Source: Octopus vulgaris
Taxonomy: Eukaryota
Assembly: GCA_951406725.2 (NCBI GenBank)
Contig: OX597815.1
Coordinates: 12,338,001 to 12,402,000, forward strand
Length of the DNA stretch: 64,000 nucleotides
Direction of reading: 5' to 3'
Below the pieces are notes generated by a model, which worked only from the letters and a program-made list of their open reading frames with translations, did no database searches and had not been told where the DNA came from. Each line of letters starts with the position of its first letter. The first letter of the stretch is position 1. Shown here one piece after another: positions 1 to 13,981 of the stretch. The position numbers were made by a program, and so were the translations under genes.

Positions 1-1006
1 CATAAAAAAGAACTAATGATATCCGTTTGTAAACACACATCATATTAAGAAAGTTCTTAAAAAACAGAGCGAACAAAAATTGTATTATTCTGGTATGTTT
101 TCCTTCATAAGTAAATAAATCTTTAATATCTCATTTATGTAATTTCCTTATGCGTACATTATCTGGCGTACAGCTGGTGTGACAAACAATTAAATCTTCA
201 CATAGCATATAAGTCTCTATTTGTTAATATTTCCCCTTTGGCATTTTACACATTGCATACAGAACCACCTTTTGTTTAAGTACACGACACCAGTTTAGAT
301 TTCCATATGAATTTTATGCTAGAGACGATTCTAATAAACACAACCATTCTTCTAGAGCCGACCTATATGTAATCAAATTTTCTATAGAAATAAAGAATGA
401 AAGAAAGGCTGAGAATTTGTGTAAACATCCTTATATATTTTATTATATCCATTAAAAATGGAAAAAAGAAAATTCGGTTTTGCACATGGATGTTAATTCT
501 TTAGAGATGATATTGATCAATAACTTAGGTAAAATATTTCAACATAGAGAATATTGATGTTATGTATCAACGTATAGATATAGGTTATGCTAACTAACAG
601 TATAATTAAGAATATGTCAAGTAGTTATGTGAAATGATATAAACGTTGCTAATCGGTTTTTAACAACTACATGCCGCAAATAATAATCTTGATACAATTC
701 ATAAAATGAAACAGAATATCATTCGAAGGGTCAGAATTCTTATGCCTCAAATAGGAAACTGAAAATTACGAATGGGTCAACTGTCCTGAAATAATAATTT
801 TAAAACATTTGCCTTTAATGTTTCGAGAAAACTTGTAACGATTGAAAGTGTGTGAGAGGATCCACATCGAAACCATTTCCTCGTAACACTTTTTGCGGAC
901 AAATAAAAAATTCTTCAGATATTTCGAGCTCCGATGAACACAGATCATACATCATAAATCAGTAGTAATCAAGAAATTTTACAATCATCTATATTTCATA
1001 CATACC

Positions 1007-1236
1007 TATATCTTTACTACCCACAAGGGGCTAAACACAGAGGGGACAAACAAGGACAGACAAATGGATCAAGTCGATTATATCGACCCCAGTGCGTAAC
1101 TGGTACTTAATTTACCGACCCCGAAAGGATGTAAGGCAAAGTCGACCTCGGCGGAATTTGAACTCCCACGTAGCGGCAGACGAATTACCGCTAAGCATTT
1201 CGCCCAGCGTGCTAACGATTCTTCCAGCTCGCCGCC
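1007..1236 (-). mobile_element. tRNA-derived SINE, family A (full length)
   Basis: Minus-strand head GGCGGCGAGCTGG..TCGTTAGCA with B-box GTTCAAATTCC. 12-bp TSD TTCATACATACC (995-1006 / 1237-1248). Homologous copies at 26.3-27.5k, 45.0k and 49.1k. Confidence 0.9.
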
Positions 1237-1739
1237 TTCATACATACCGATGCGTTCATTTAAGATATATGCCAATATCGGTCTCTATAAAAGTCCTGAT
1301 GATCTACAATTAGGCAAACATTAGAATGTATAACTTAAAACTGCTACCCGCAATATCCTAATTAATGAACCGAATATTGAATTAAACAATCGCAATGTAA
1401 TATGTTTACAAAGGATACAAAATATTGTCCCTGCCAGAGTGAAATTAATTAAAAGTATAAAATATGCATAATTCATATGCTTAAATATTAAAATTAATTA
1501 TTATGATACTGAGAACAGAAAATTTAAATACGAAATAGGGTTTCTTGAATAACAACGAAGAGAAAAATACCATTGTCATCTCTAGTTCTTTGTGTGGTCT
1601 TTATAAAATTAATTCTCTGTGAAATGGAGGAATTAGTATAACATATTGACTTTTGTTCACATTTATTATATTTTGTGAATGTCTTCATTCGCTAAGTTAA
1701 ACGGACGCAACATAAACAACCGCTTGAAATGTTAACGAA

Positions 1740-2030
1740 CACACACTCATGCACACATACACACACACTCACACAAATACACATACACACATACACATAC
1801 ACACACATACACGAGCACACAGACACGCATGCGGAATTGTCAAAGTTCGTTGGTATATTCCGTGGGAATGAAACCTTTTCCTTGCGAACATTGAAGAAAT
1901 TGGGCGGAGCTTAATAGAAGATGCTTTTGAAAAAAACTGAATCGCGCACGTAAACAAACACACGCGCACATACACAAACATAATGCACACACTCACACAA
2001 TTGCACGCGCACACGCGCGAGCACACACGC

Positions 2031-2061
<31 letters not shown>

Positions 2062-2237
2062 AAAATATTTAGTTTTTAAATCATTTATAAATTTAACCAT
2101 TAAACGTATTTTTTGATATGCTGGCCATTGATAAAATATTTTTCCCGAAAGAAATTTTATCCTACATTAGTTTTGTATATATATATATGTATGTGTGTGT
2201 GTGTGTATGTATGTGTGTGTGTATGTGTGTGCGCGTG

Positions 2238-2285
<48 letters not shown>

Positions 2286-2680
2286 CATACATACATACAT
2301 ACATACATACATACATACATACATACATACATACATGTATATCTATAGACATGAGTGTGTTGTTTGTCCCCTACAACCGGATAACAACTGGTGTTGATTT
2401 GTTGATGTTCTCGTAATGCATGTTGCGGTAATGTAGAGAGACAGAATACATTCCGGGGACAATTTATTCGATTGCCCTTCAAGCCCGAGCCCGTGTTGTC
2501 TGCCGTCTAATGAGTGAAATAAAAGTGACATACATACATACATAGATACATACATACATAGATACATACATACATACATACATACATACATACATACATA
2601 CATACATACATACATGCATACATACGTACATACATACACACTCATATGCGCACACGCAAACACACTCATGTATGTATATG
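1740..2680. repeat. Compound (CA)n/(TA)n/(TACA)n microsatellites enclosing a decayed 3' half of SINE family B (~2354-2525)
   Basis: Simple repeats are directly visible; the enclosed segment resembles the family B tail. Confidence 0.85.
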
Positions 2681-3162
2681 TGTGTCACTTTGAATTGTTT
2701 GGCAGAATTTTGTCTTTGCTCACCAGGGAAGAATACGGTCACTCCACTAAAAGAAATGGTGTTAATTACTTGAAATTGTAAGTTGCGACTGCGAGTCATA
2801 ATTGAAAGTATTTGAGATATATTTCGCCCATTGATGGACAGAAATTTTACGAATGTTTTATTAAATATGTTTTGTCTCTGTTACCCCAAGTACAAGGGAA
2901 ATTATTTCTCCCCATGATGTATATCAAGAATGTCTCGGTATTTCATTACGTAATATTTTACACTGAACCAAGAATAATTCATTTCTCATAACGTTCCAAT
3001 GTTGAATGCCAGACTTTCTTCCGTATAAAAGCTGTTGACTGAGAGATGCAACTGCTATTCGGAGTAGAACACGTATTCCTTAAGTTTCAAGATTGTTTTG
3101 TCCATGAAGTAGCATGAAACAATTTTACTGCACTACCTTGGATATCTTTGTTGCTTATTTTG

Positions 3163-3232
<70 letters not shown>

Positions 3233-3244
3233 TACATATGTATT

Positions 3245-3449
3245 TAAAAATGTGAACTCGTGTGTACCGTTGGCGATTTTTTCCCTCTGTCTTCCCTTCT
3301 CTGGATCTTTTCTTCTCCTATGATTCCGACGAAGAGCTCCGCTCGAAACGTTAAACCCTCCTTCTTCCCTTCTTTCCTGAGCGTCCAATAATACTATATT
3401 TGTTCCACGGCCTCGCGTTGTTGTGCTTTTTTGTGTTTTCTTGTTTGGA
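3245..3449 (+). mobile_element. Short Penelope-like non-coding element with a minimal hammerhead-like motif, lying between (TA)n tracts
   Basis: CCGACGA-A-GAGC-TCC-GCTC-GAAAC-GTT at 3326-3352, followed by TTTCCTGAGCG, which is shared with the elements at 37.0k and 56.0k. Confidence 0.65.
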
Positions 3450-4093
3450 TTATATATATATATATATATATACATATATATACATGTATATACATCTATA
3501 TATATATATACATAAATACATGGATACATATATATTTATACATATATACACATATACATCAATACATGTACATGTATATGCATATACATCTATACATGTA
3601 CATATATACCAGCAATATAATGTAACATATTGAGGTTTATTTTTCTCATGTGGCAAGTTATTTGGTATCCCACCTAGGATTTGGGAAACAGGTTTGGGGA
3701 TAAACTTCCCCATTGCTTTAAGATAACATGTCTGCCCACCTGAAGTTCATAAACCTTGTAAATACATAGCGTCAACATTGCGGAAACTGCAGTGACTGAA
3801 TGAAAGAGAAGAAAAGTTAGAAAGGAAGATCAGAAATGATTATAGGGAATTTATTTTGTATGAACTTTACACAAAAAGCGTAAATAAATATTCACTGCGG
3901 GTGTTTCTTGTATTGACTTGTATGTACTTTTAAATACAAATTTATATGAAGCTAGAACTTTTAAAGATACTCATATTTATTTGAATTCGTGTGAAATACA
4001 TTGAAATACGAGTGAAATACTACCTCGAATATGTTGAAGACGGAGTTTCTTTTTCTTTATAAGAGATTCAAATGAAATATTAAAAAAAGTCAA

Positions 4094-4262
4094 GGCGCAG
4101 GAGTGGCTGTGTGGTAAGTAGCTTGCTAACCAACCACATGGTTCCGGGTTCAGTCCCACTGCGTGGCAGTTTGGGCAAATAAGTGTCTTCTGCTATAGCC
4201 CCGGGCCGACCAATGCCTTGTGAGTGGATTTGGTAGACGGAAACTGAAAGAAGCCTGTCGTA

Positions 4263-4317
<55 letters not shown>

Positions 4318-4538
4318 TTGTGTGTCTGTGTTTGTCTCCCTAGCATGGCTTGACAACCGATGCTGGTGTGTTTACGTCCCCGTTACTTAGCGGTTCGGCA
4401 AAAAGAGACCGATAGAATAAGTACTGGGCTTACAAAGAATAAGTCCCGGGGTCGATTTGCTCGACTAAAAGGTTGTGCTCCAGCATGGCCGCAGTCAAAT
4501 GACTGAAACAAGTAAAAGAGTAAAAGAATAAAAGAGTA
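4094..4538 (+). mobile_element. tRNA-derived SINE, family B (internal TA/TG microsatellite)
   Basis: Head GGCGCAGGAGTGGCTGTGTGGTAAG..GGTTCAGTCCC, CORE-like TTGGGCAA..GTGTCTT, (GTAAAAGA)n tail. Near-identical copies at 22.3k and 28.1k. Confidence 0.9.
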
Positions 4539-5379
4539 ATAAGTAAGATAAAATTTCGTAAACATTCTATTTAGAGATTATTTGCGACAGCTGATGACGG
4601 CAAATTTTCCAAGTACAATTATTCTTCCTAAGCACAGTTGTTGCCACTTAAAGCAATTAACCTAAACATAAATACTTATTAAGTATTCTGCTATACTAAT
4701 GATCTACCATCATTGCAATGGTAGTATTATTAAACGAATACTCAAAGATCCGTCTTATTTCAAAGTGTATCTATAAGCTAACAATGATATTTTCTTTATG
4801 ATGATATATCACGAATGATGCAGAGTGTAGCAGTATTATATTGAATTGAAACATTATTATTCATTATGCAGTTCATTTATATTCAGGAACAGCAGGTCCA
4901 GGTGGTTGCAATGCTAACTCAAGCAAGACAATTAAATATACGATTTTATTGAAGCCGCAATGATCTCGAGATGCATAACAAAAGGTGAATTCCACTTTAT
5001 GTTTTGTCGTGATATAATATAAATTACATCTAATGAATTAGTCGTAAGTAAGGTTGTAAATATTCATTTCATGCTACCTGTCCGTCTGTTGTTGCTTTTA
5101 ATTCAATGAAACTGGAATCACTATGTATAGATTATGTCTGAAAATATAATTCTCCTCCAAATTGACATGAGTTCTTCAGCGAGGTAGACACAAGAGAAAA
5201 TGAAGTTCAACTGAGTTTTAATTGCTTAATGACAAAAGTTATAAACTGTTTTTCTCTGCATCTAATTGCTCATAATGACGTATTGTCTTGCTTTTTACTC
5301 AGCGACAATGCTGAGAGCACATAGCTATCAATCTGCTCACGCACTCATATATACACGAGCACATGCAGGCGCGCACACA

Positions 5380-5430
<51 letters not shown>

Positions 5431-6113
5431 ATGTATGTACATTCATGCATACATACACACACATATATGCATGCTTCATGCATATATATACATGTGTTTC
5501 TCTTACTGTACTCGTCTCAATGTTTTCCTCTCCTTTTCGAGTATCCTTTCGGCTTGTATATGTTAATACCCCAGGGGCTTTTGTATGACATTCGACAATT
5601 GCACAGGTCCAGCTGTTTGTGAATTCTTAATTCATCTGACACAGGAAATTTACAGTGATAACGTCAGACTGTGGCTCTGCTAGGGCGAGTACCTTAACAG
5701 GTACCCTCAAAGCGCAAATATACTAGACTGCTGATACTTCTGGAGAAGTGGGCATAGAAATTTTCGGAGCTAATAAGCGAAGAATATGCTTTGTCGAGGC
5801 AACAAATAATACAGATTCAAATGTAAACTAAAACAATAACATAAGTTAGGATACACTGTACACTAAGTCAATCGCCTATTCTCCATCTGGTGAGTGATAA
5901 ACATTATTTAGTGCTCTAGCACAAACTTCAGACACTGCCACGTGGGCAATGCCCGAAGATTACGCTCAGATACAAGATGTGATAAAAGGATACTGTCCCG
6001 CATGCTCTCTTCACATGAAATTAATAGTAGAACATAAAACTTATATTGCGTATATATATATATATATATATAATTTGATAAACTACATTATGTTAGCGAA
6101 CAGTTGTCTTCTG

Positions 6114-6171
<58 letters not shown>

Positions 6172-6288
6172 CATGCATATATATAGTTAGATAGATAGTT
6201 GGATTTATGCATGTGTGTCTTGTGAGTCTTGGCAACAGATGTTAGAGTGTTTATATCCCTAACGGTCAGCTGTTCTCTAAAATACACC

Positions 6289-6380
6289 AATAGAATAAGT
6301 ACTAGGCTTACAAAGAATAAGTCCTCATTTTGATTTTTGCGAGTAAAGGCGGTGCTCCAGCATGGCCATAGTCAAATGAT
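6289..6380 (+). mobile_element. SINE family B 3' fragment
   Basis: ATAGAATAAGTACTAGGCTTACAAAGAATAAGTCC..GGCGGTGCTCCAGCATGGCC matches the family B tail. Confidence 0.75.
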
Positions 6381-6541
6381 AACAGTTTCTCGCTTCGGAG
6401 ACTCAGGTTTAGGTAGATTTTCATAACACACCTTGTGTCTCCAATGGAAGACACTATTAGAAGCTCGTAACTTTATATTGTGCACATTATATATTTCTCT
6501 TTTACTGGTTAGAGTACCATTTCTTGATCTCATCTCAGTGG

Positions 6542-6545
<4 letters not shown>

Positions 6546-6635
<90 letters not shown>

Positions 6636-6771
6636 ATGTGTTTGTGTCTGCCTGTCTGTATGTAGGTAGGTAGATAGGCAGGTAGGTATATGTGTGCGTG
6701 AGTTTGTAAGTATATATATGAAGGAAAGCAGTCTATATGAGTTCCAGAGAAGCGTGACTCGTACGCAGACA

Positions 6772-6845
<74 letters not shown>

Positions 6846-6892
6846 CATATATATATATGTATATATATATATGTATATATATATATGTATGC

Positions 6893-6942
<50 letters not shown>

Positions 6943-7050
6943 ATGTATGTATGTATGTGTATATATATATATGTAAATGTATACATACATACATATATAT
7001 AAATTAGAGAAAAACCACTATCTTATATATATATATATATATATATGTAC
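6546..7050. repeat. (TA)n/(TATG)n microsatellite cluster
   Basis: Directly visible. Confidence 0.95.
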
Positions 7051-8315
7051 ACACACGCATATATGCATATATATGGCTATATACACACATTATTTTTGCG
7101 GAGGGGGCTGTTTCTGTGTGTGTTTACATAGAAGAATGATTCTGTAAATCTATAATACCAGATAAGTTCGAACTAGCTATTTGCTAGTGGGAATATAAGT
7201 AATAACAAACGACAGTTGGGAATACTATTTTCGCCTCAAGCTATCAAGTCCTCAGAAGTTTAATGAATTCGTTGTTGTTAAGTATATAAATTATAAATAC
7301 AAATATATCCTCAAGTTATTTGGCATTATGTACTTAAATCTGAGGCATGATGATAAAGTTTTAATATTAATCCTAAGTTTTATATATAGACAATTTTATT
7401 GAAATGCGCATCTCCGGGAATTATATTTCTGATTGTATGGTTATATAAAATATTCATTCTAAACAAAATATTATAAATAAAAATGTTGAAATTAATGTAA
7501 GGCTACAGCAAGTGGAATTCATCTCTCCTATTTTCATTGCTTCGTAAACAAAACTCTCATGATATATTGAGATGTGTTTGGAAAGCTAGTTTTCTAGCTC
7601 GTTCATCCGCCACATGTTTGAATGCTGAGTCTACATGACGATAAATTGGTTCCATGATTGACTGTAATACCAGTTTGTCACATTTTTTTCAGTTTCTTCC
7701 TTATTGATATAAATATCTCTTTTGAGAAACCTTGAGTAATTCCTATATCGTTGTATTAGAGACAGACTCTTTAGTATTTCAGCATTTTAATATAAAACAA
7801 GATATAAGGTACACACAAAATCAAACATGTGCATTGTCAGTATTTAATATTTATATGTTACTTGTTAAAGAATAAATGGAGAGGAACTATGAAGAAAATT
7901 GAAGAAACCCAAACTAATACACTGCTAGTGCTTGGTGTTTCATTTAAAATTTTCAGTTAACGAAAATACCTAAAGTTGTGATATCGGTGACCAGTGGTAA
8001 CAACCGACATGCGTTGATGTACAAGAACCCGAACAGCCTATTTCATTTTTTCTATCTGTACAAAGCAGGAGTCGCTCTAGTAGTGGTGCAAAATAGGACG
8101 GCAGATAGATTTACTGTTTTAGAGTGAAAGGCCTTAAAAAAAAGTATCCTAATGTCGAATATAGATGAATCGAATTTGTTCAAGATTCAGTGTCTAAAAA
8201 TACTCCTGACAAATGTCACAAAATAGCAAGTGAACAATGCAGTGTATATGTATGTGGGTATGTATGTATGCATGTATACACACAGATATATATGCATCAA
8301 ATGAAATAAAAACAT

Positions 8316-8361
<46 letters not shown>

Positions 8362-10205
8362 TAAGTATACGTTTACATATGTAATAAATGTACATATATA
8401 GATACTGCTACAATATATATACGTATACATGTACACGCCTAACTATACATATATACATGGTGATAGAATATACACATAAAGTTAAACATGCACAAACACG
8501 CCCATAAACACGCATGTATATGCGGGACAGTTTGGTGTATATACATATATGTTTTTGTATATGCCGCCTATTCATGTATGTGTATGATCTATAGTCTTGT
8601 GGGCTTTGCCATTTGTAGCTCTTGTCTAAACCTAAGTCCATAGTCACTGAGTATTATTAACGGAGCTGTTCAGCCATAACAAGATTTTCGTATTCCAGAA
8701 GAGGATGCAGCGAATTTCTGATGTGTCCTTGGGATATCGGATATATCTTATGTATCTGGGATTAGTTTGGAGGGAGGTTTAACTACAATTTTAGAGATGA
8801 TAAGCTGTCAAATTCAGAGATCCCTCGTTGCAATGTTGGCACTAGCTATGCATTGTTAATGCGTAAAGAGACTTTAGTGTTTAGTGTTAAGTTTAATTAA
8901 CTTTGGATGAAAGGCTATTGTTTCTTACTTCTCTATGAAACTAAAATAGCCCTTCTCCATTAAAACATCACTTCGCTTTTCTATACTTTCATTTTTGGAT
9001 GTTTTGTGGGAGGTGTGTAAGCCCGCGCGGAGTAAGTTTTGGTGCGTGAAGTGTAGTGTTTCTATTTATGAATGAAAATTGTTACGATTAACAGAAATAT
9101 CTTGTTTTATCGTATATAAAAAAGACATGGAATAAATTATCGTATCCTGCTGGTTGAAGCTGGTTACTGCAGATCCTCGCTAGAAGAGACTGCACCGCAG
9201 TAACTACACAAACATCAAATAGGCCCACATGCGGGAAAGTTATTTAGAATTTCGGCCATTCTGTCTACTTTAAGAGAATAATACATTTGTCGTCAAAATA
9301 TTCAGTATACCACTAGAAGAAATATTTAACTGTCGTAGATATCGGTAATGTTTCTGAGTGGGCTTTATATAAAATGTAGGATGATGTAACGTAGGTTGCG
9401 TAGAATTTGCCAAGGCCAGACGAGCCAAAGTCGATAGCAATAGTGACTAGATATACGAAGATAACTATAAAATGATCGTAAGTGTTGTGTGTTTGTATTT
9501 CCTTTACTAAAAATATTCTAATGAGAATTCAACCCAACTTCAATACATGCACATGGTGATAGTCATATGGTGTGTCATATGACTATATTAGAATTATAAT
9601 ATCATTAAATTACTCAGATGCGGGAACTTCAGAGAGGAAAGGATTTTTGATAACTAAGATCAAATTAGAGATGAAAGTTCCTCCGACAAATCATTAAAAT
9701 AGACATACCTGAGACACGATTATAGACAACAGATTAGTTGCGATATTCAGCTAAGCGTAAGGAGTGATAGCTAGATTAATGCTATACAACTGAAAATGTT
9801 ACTTTTTCAGGAGACGATGTTTGCAGTCGAGTATTGTGTTACGTTTCGCATTAAAAATATGTAACAAACAGTATTTTCCTACATTTATTTGATGATATAT
9901 AACACAGGTAACTATTCTCCACGCACAGAATTACAGGCAGAGAATGTTACTAATTGTGATATCAACGGATCAACGATCATCGACATCTACTCATTTAATG
10001 AATCATTTATTTAACATTTACAACTAAACACTCATTTAATGCCATACAAGCATACTTGTGAATATATATATATATATATGTAGAATCAGATGTATGCCTA
10101 TAAACATATACATGGACATACATATGTACACGACATAAACGCACATATCTATGAAACATAACCAGGTCTAAATGTGTGTGTATTATTGTGTTTTTATAAT
10201 ATATA

Positions 10206-10261
<56 letters not shown>

Positions 10262-10338
10262 TGACACACGCATAATATATATATATATATATTTATATAT
10301 ATATGATTATATGTATGTATGCTCACTGACACACACAT

Positions 10339-10375
<37 letters not shown>

Positions 10376-10426
10376 GTATACTATATGTCAGTTATATATT
10401 ATTATATTATATTGTGTGTTTGTGTG

Positions 10427-10750
10427 AGGTGCAGGTGTGGTTGTGTCGTAAGAAGGTTGCTTCCCACCGGCAATATTCCAGGTTCAATGCCAGTGCGTTG
10501 CACCTTCTGCAAGTGTCTTTTACCATAGCCCCGAGAAGGATAAAAGTCTTGCAATTAGATTAACTAGACAGAAACTGAAAGTAGCAGTCGCATACATTTA
10601 CATGCATAATATCTATCTAAATGCATACATTAGTCGCTCACCACCGCTTCTCAACTGGTGCTGGTGAGTTTATGTCCCTGTAACCTAGCGGTTCGTCTGA
10701 AACTCATAAAGGCATGGCTGCAGTCAAATGATCGAAGCGAGTAGAAGATA
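10427..10750 (+). mobile_element. Decayed SINE family B copy
   Basis: GGTGCAGGTGTGGTTGTGTCGTAAG..CAAGTGTCTT..GAAACTGAAAG..GCAGTCAAATGA is colinear with family B. Confidence 0.75.
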
Positions 10751-12933
10751 AAATATACGCATACATATATACGCAAACTCATATATATATAATGCCCCCA
10801 CACATATGCATATACGCTCAGGTACACATGCACACACATATATACAAATGCGCGCAGATATGCGAGCTAACATGTTATAGTCAATTTGTCAGTATGTTGT
10901 TATTCACTCTTCCAAAATAGTTAATATTTGCCTGCAGAGAATATCAGAGATGTAATGTAAGTCTCATAGAAGATGTATTTTTCTCTGTATATTCTAGGTC
11001 ATAGTATTCATTACAAACGAATTTACGCACCATCAGAGGTAGATTGAATCGATTCGTTTAACACATACTGTTTTCTGTTATCTAGACTGGTGCATTATTA
11101 CCTTAAACAGAGGCCTGGACCCGCAACTCTATGTATTATGTCTTGGCTGACAGAACATTAAAAAAAAAAATCTCGGAGAAACTGCTGTATGTGTTCTGCA
11201 TGGCAGATAGAAAGAAAATAAAAAAAAGATCGACCGGTGTTCCAGTAGATTCTACATTGTTGACAATATTTCGTTCAGATCTGTGTTTATCATCTACATC
11301 CCGCCACATTCGATGCCCCTCAAAGTAAAGTTTCAGGCACGGACTAAACCTTTATATGACCTATACCCCTATTATCCGCAGGATTACAGTATGCAACACT
11401 GTCACATAGTGAACTATTTTCAATTTCTAAACTTTGCATGTAACAGTGAACGGGAAATTTTCCCAGATTATTATCCAAAGGGGATTCCATATCTTGCAAC
11501 ACCAGCAGTACTTTACAATATCAGCAGCAATTCACTAAACTTGGAATTGCAATAGCAACAGTTGGACAACGCATAAACTTCAGTAACAAGAACATTAAGA
11601 AATACAATTTACGTGTTCACGTGCTGGATATTAACAAAGAATATTAGTTTTAAATTTGATAAGTTCACTGATTTACTACAGATAAAATAGCAACGTAATG
11701 CTAGTCACGGACTGCAAATGCCACATACACCGTTCGAAATAGCTAAACTGCAGCGTAATCAACCATTGAAACATTCTCGGAGAGTAATGAAGCGGCACTG
11801 GAAGAAGACTAGACAATGGATGTGGATAATCGTCGAAGGAGAATTTGTGAGTCTTCTAAATACTTTGCCATAGATACATTCGTTCTACGCTCTAATGAAC
11901 AACATGCGCAAAGCTAAATAAATGGCTGAACTATTTCATTCGTCTGACATTTCTCAAGATATTCTGGGATGAATTTCTCACTGGAGTTCTCCATTGATCT
12001 TTGCCATTTGGATAACTAAAATTCCATCTAGTTTTATTTACTCGCCAAATTTACTATAACACAAAGAAGAAAGAATGACTCGGATATTAACTATATCTAT
12101 CACTGTATTTCTTATTGCTCAAGTACACAGACATCTTTATATATCTCTAGTTCTCATTCCTACCTACATACATACCTAACCTCCTACCTAGCTACCTACC
12201 TAACTATCTACCTACATACATATATAGAAACACACACAAACACATATGTATATAGATGTATGTTTATATGTGTGTATGTGCATATGCGCACACTCGTCTG
12301 TGTGTATGTGCTTGTTAGCATAACGTTTCAATTTCATATTGTAGTTTCTATATTGCCTTGAGCAACACTAAGGAAGTCTGCTTTCAATTCTCGTTTCTGA
12401 ACCTATTGATCGGAATTCCTGAAGTGAAGTGATTGCATATACGAAACAATTTCAATTATTATATATTTATATATGTCTATCTGCATATCACCCTATTTTT
12501 CTCACTTTTTCTCACTCACATAAGACACAAACACACACACATACACACATACACAAAACAAAAGAAAACACACACACACACACGCACACACAAAAACACT
12601 CACGCTCGCAAGAACATACATAATGTGTTGTACGTTTTGAGTGGTAAAAATCTCAGTGTAATTCTTCAGCAACATTCTGTAGTAATTCTTGTCTTTCCAC
12701 TCATTAAGGTTGATATTTAAAGTAGTCATTTGGCGCAGAAATTTCAGTAAACCATCTCTGAGAGGATACATTAGTACGTACTTTCCTAGATTTATATCGA
12801 ACAAAAAGATGAAGGTGGTGAGCATATCAATGCTCATAATTTTAAGCCTATAAATCACAGAAAATATATATTGTATAAACACACGAAGTTGATCGCACTA
12901 GTCCATATCAATTTTTATTGAAAAGTATTTACA

Positions 12934-13235
12934 AACAACGCAAAGTATACTAGCCATCTTAATATGGCTAACCACTAGGTGTGGTGGTGGTGTTACTGTA
13001 GCTTTTTAGCCCCAGGAGATCATCGTCTCCAGCTGGCTTTAGACACAATCCTGTGCTCTTTAATGATATTCGCAAAGGGAGGGATGACCTCCCTTTGCGA
13101 ATATCATTAAAGGGCACAGGATTGTGTCTAAAGCCAGCTGAGACGATGATCTCCTGGGGCTAAAAAGCTACAGTAACACCCCCACCACACCTAGTGGTTA
13201 GCCATATTAAGATGGCTAGTATATTTTACGTTGTT
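12934..13235. repeat. ~300-bp near-perfect palindrome (fold-back family F, 5-nt loop)
   Basis: Arms 12934-13082 and 13088-13235 are reverse complements with few mismatches; centre GGGAGG-GATGA-CCTCCC. The same arm occurs at 42.6k and 51.7-52.1k. Confidence 0.92.
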
Positions 13236-13294
13236 GAGAGCTTACTGTTTACATCTCGCTCAGAGATGTATTATTGCTTATTTACAAAGAAAAG

Positions 13295-13612
13295 TTACGA
13301 TAATTTACACAGTTCACAGACAAAACTCTGACGTTTTTGACTGTTAATTCTACTCTTTCTATTTATCCGAAGACAAATGCTGCAAACTCCTCATGAGTGA
13401 CCTTTTTGTCTTTTGGATACTGAAATTATGTCTTCAGGTTCTTCATCACCAAGAAGTTCTTCAGAATTTGAGAAATTCGTATCTAGATTGGTGTTTGCAC
13501 TTCTGTTTGAAATGTGGGTGCTTCTTAATATATAACGAAAACGATTGTATGCTGCTGTATCAATGAGGTTGAAAAACACTGCCACTGATCACCTTCGTGT
13601 GTCTCGTTTCAA
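13295..13612 (-). pseudogene. piggyBac transposase C-terminal remnant
   Basis: Translates KRDTRR*SVAVFFNLIDTAAYN (cf. TRRWP..FFN.ID.A.YN) and then GVCSICLRINRKSRINSQKRQSFVCELC (Cys-rich tail); interrupted by stops. Confidence 0.75.
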
Positions 13613-13822
13613 CGAATCGCAGCTAATCAGTTGGACAAATGCGTTCTCGAACACTGAAAAAAAGTTCTCGAACACTGAAAAAAAATAATAACCGAGAACA
13701 TGTTTCTCGATGCAAATTTATTATTGTTTCTGCTACAAAAATAGGGCACACGATTGACAGGACCATAGCGGTCCATTCAATGATTACCTGGAAATTAAAA
13801 GAAAAAATTAAAGCCCAAAATC

Positions 13823-13945
13823 TTGATGATGATAATGATGATGATGAGGAGGATGATAATAATAATAATAATAATAGTAGTAGTAGTCGTAGTAGTAGTA
13901 GTAGTAGTGGCAGCAGCAGCAGTAGTAGTAGTAGTAGTAGTAGTA

Positions 13946-13978
<33 letters not shown>
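13823..13978. repeat. Compound trinucleotide microsatellite (GAT/AAT/AGT/AGC/AAT)
   Basis: Directly visible. Confidence 0.95.

Positions 13979-13981
<3 letters not shown>

Noticed and set aside
2744-2766. 23-nt minus-strand microexon (TTTCTTTTAG..CTG|GTGAGC)
   Set aside because: Good signals, but so short that chance occurrence is likely in 64 kb.
4586-4645. CTGATGA possible hammerhead
   Set aside because: No intact GAAA or convincing helix I; at best heavily decayed.
11740-11900. Possible Tc1 transposase C-terminal relic
   Set aside because: Similarity too weak to call by eye.
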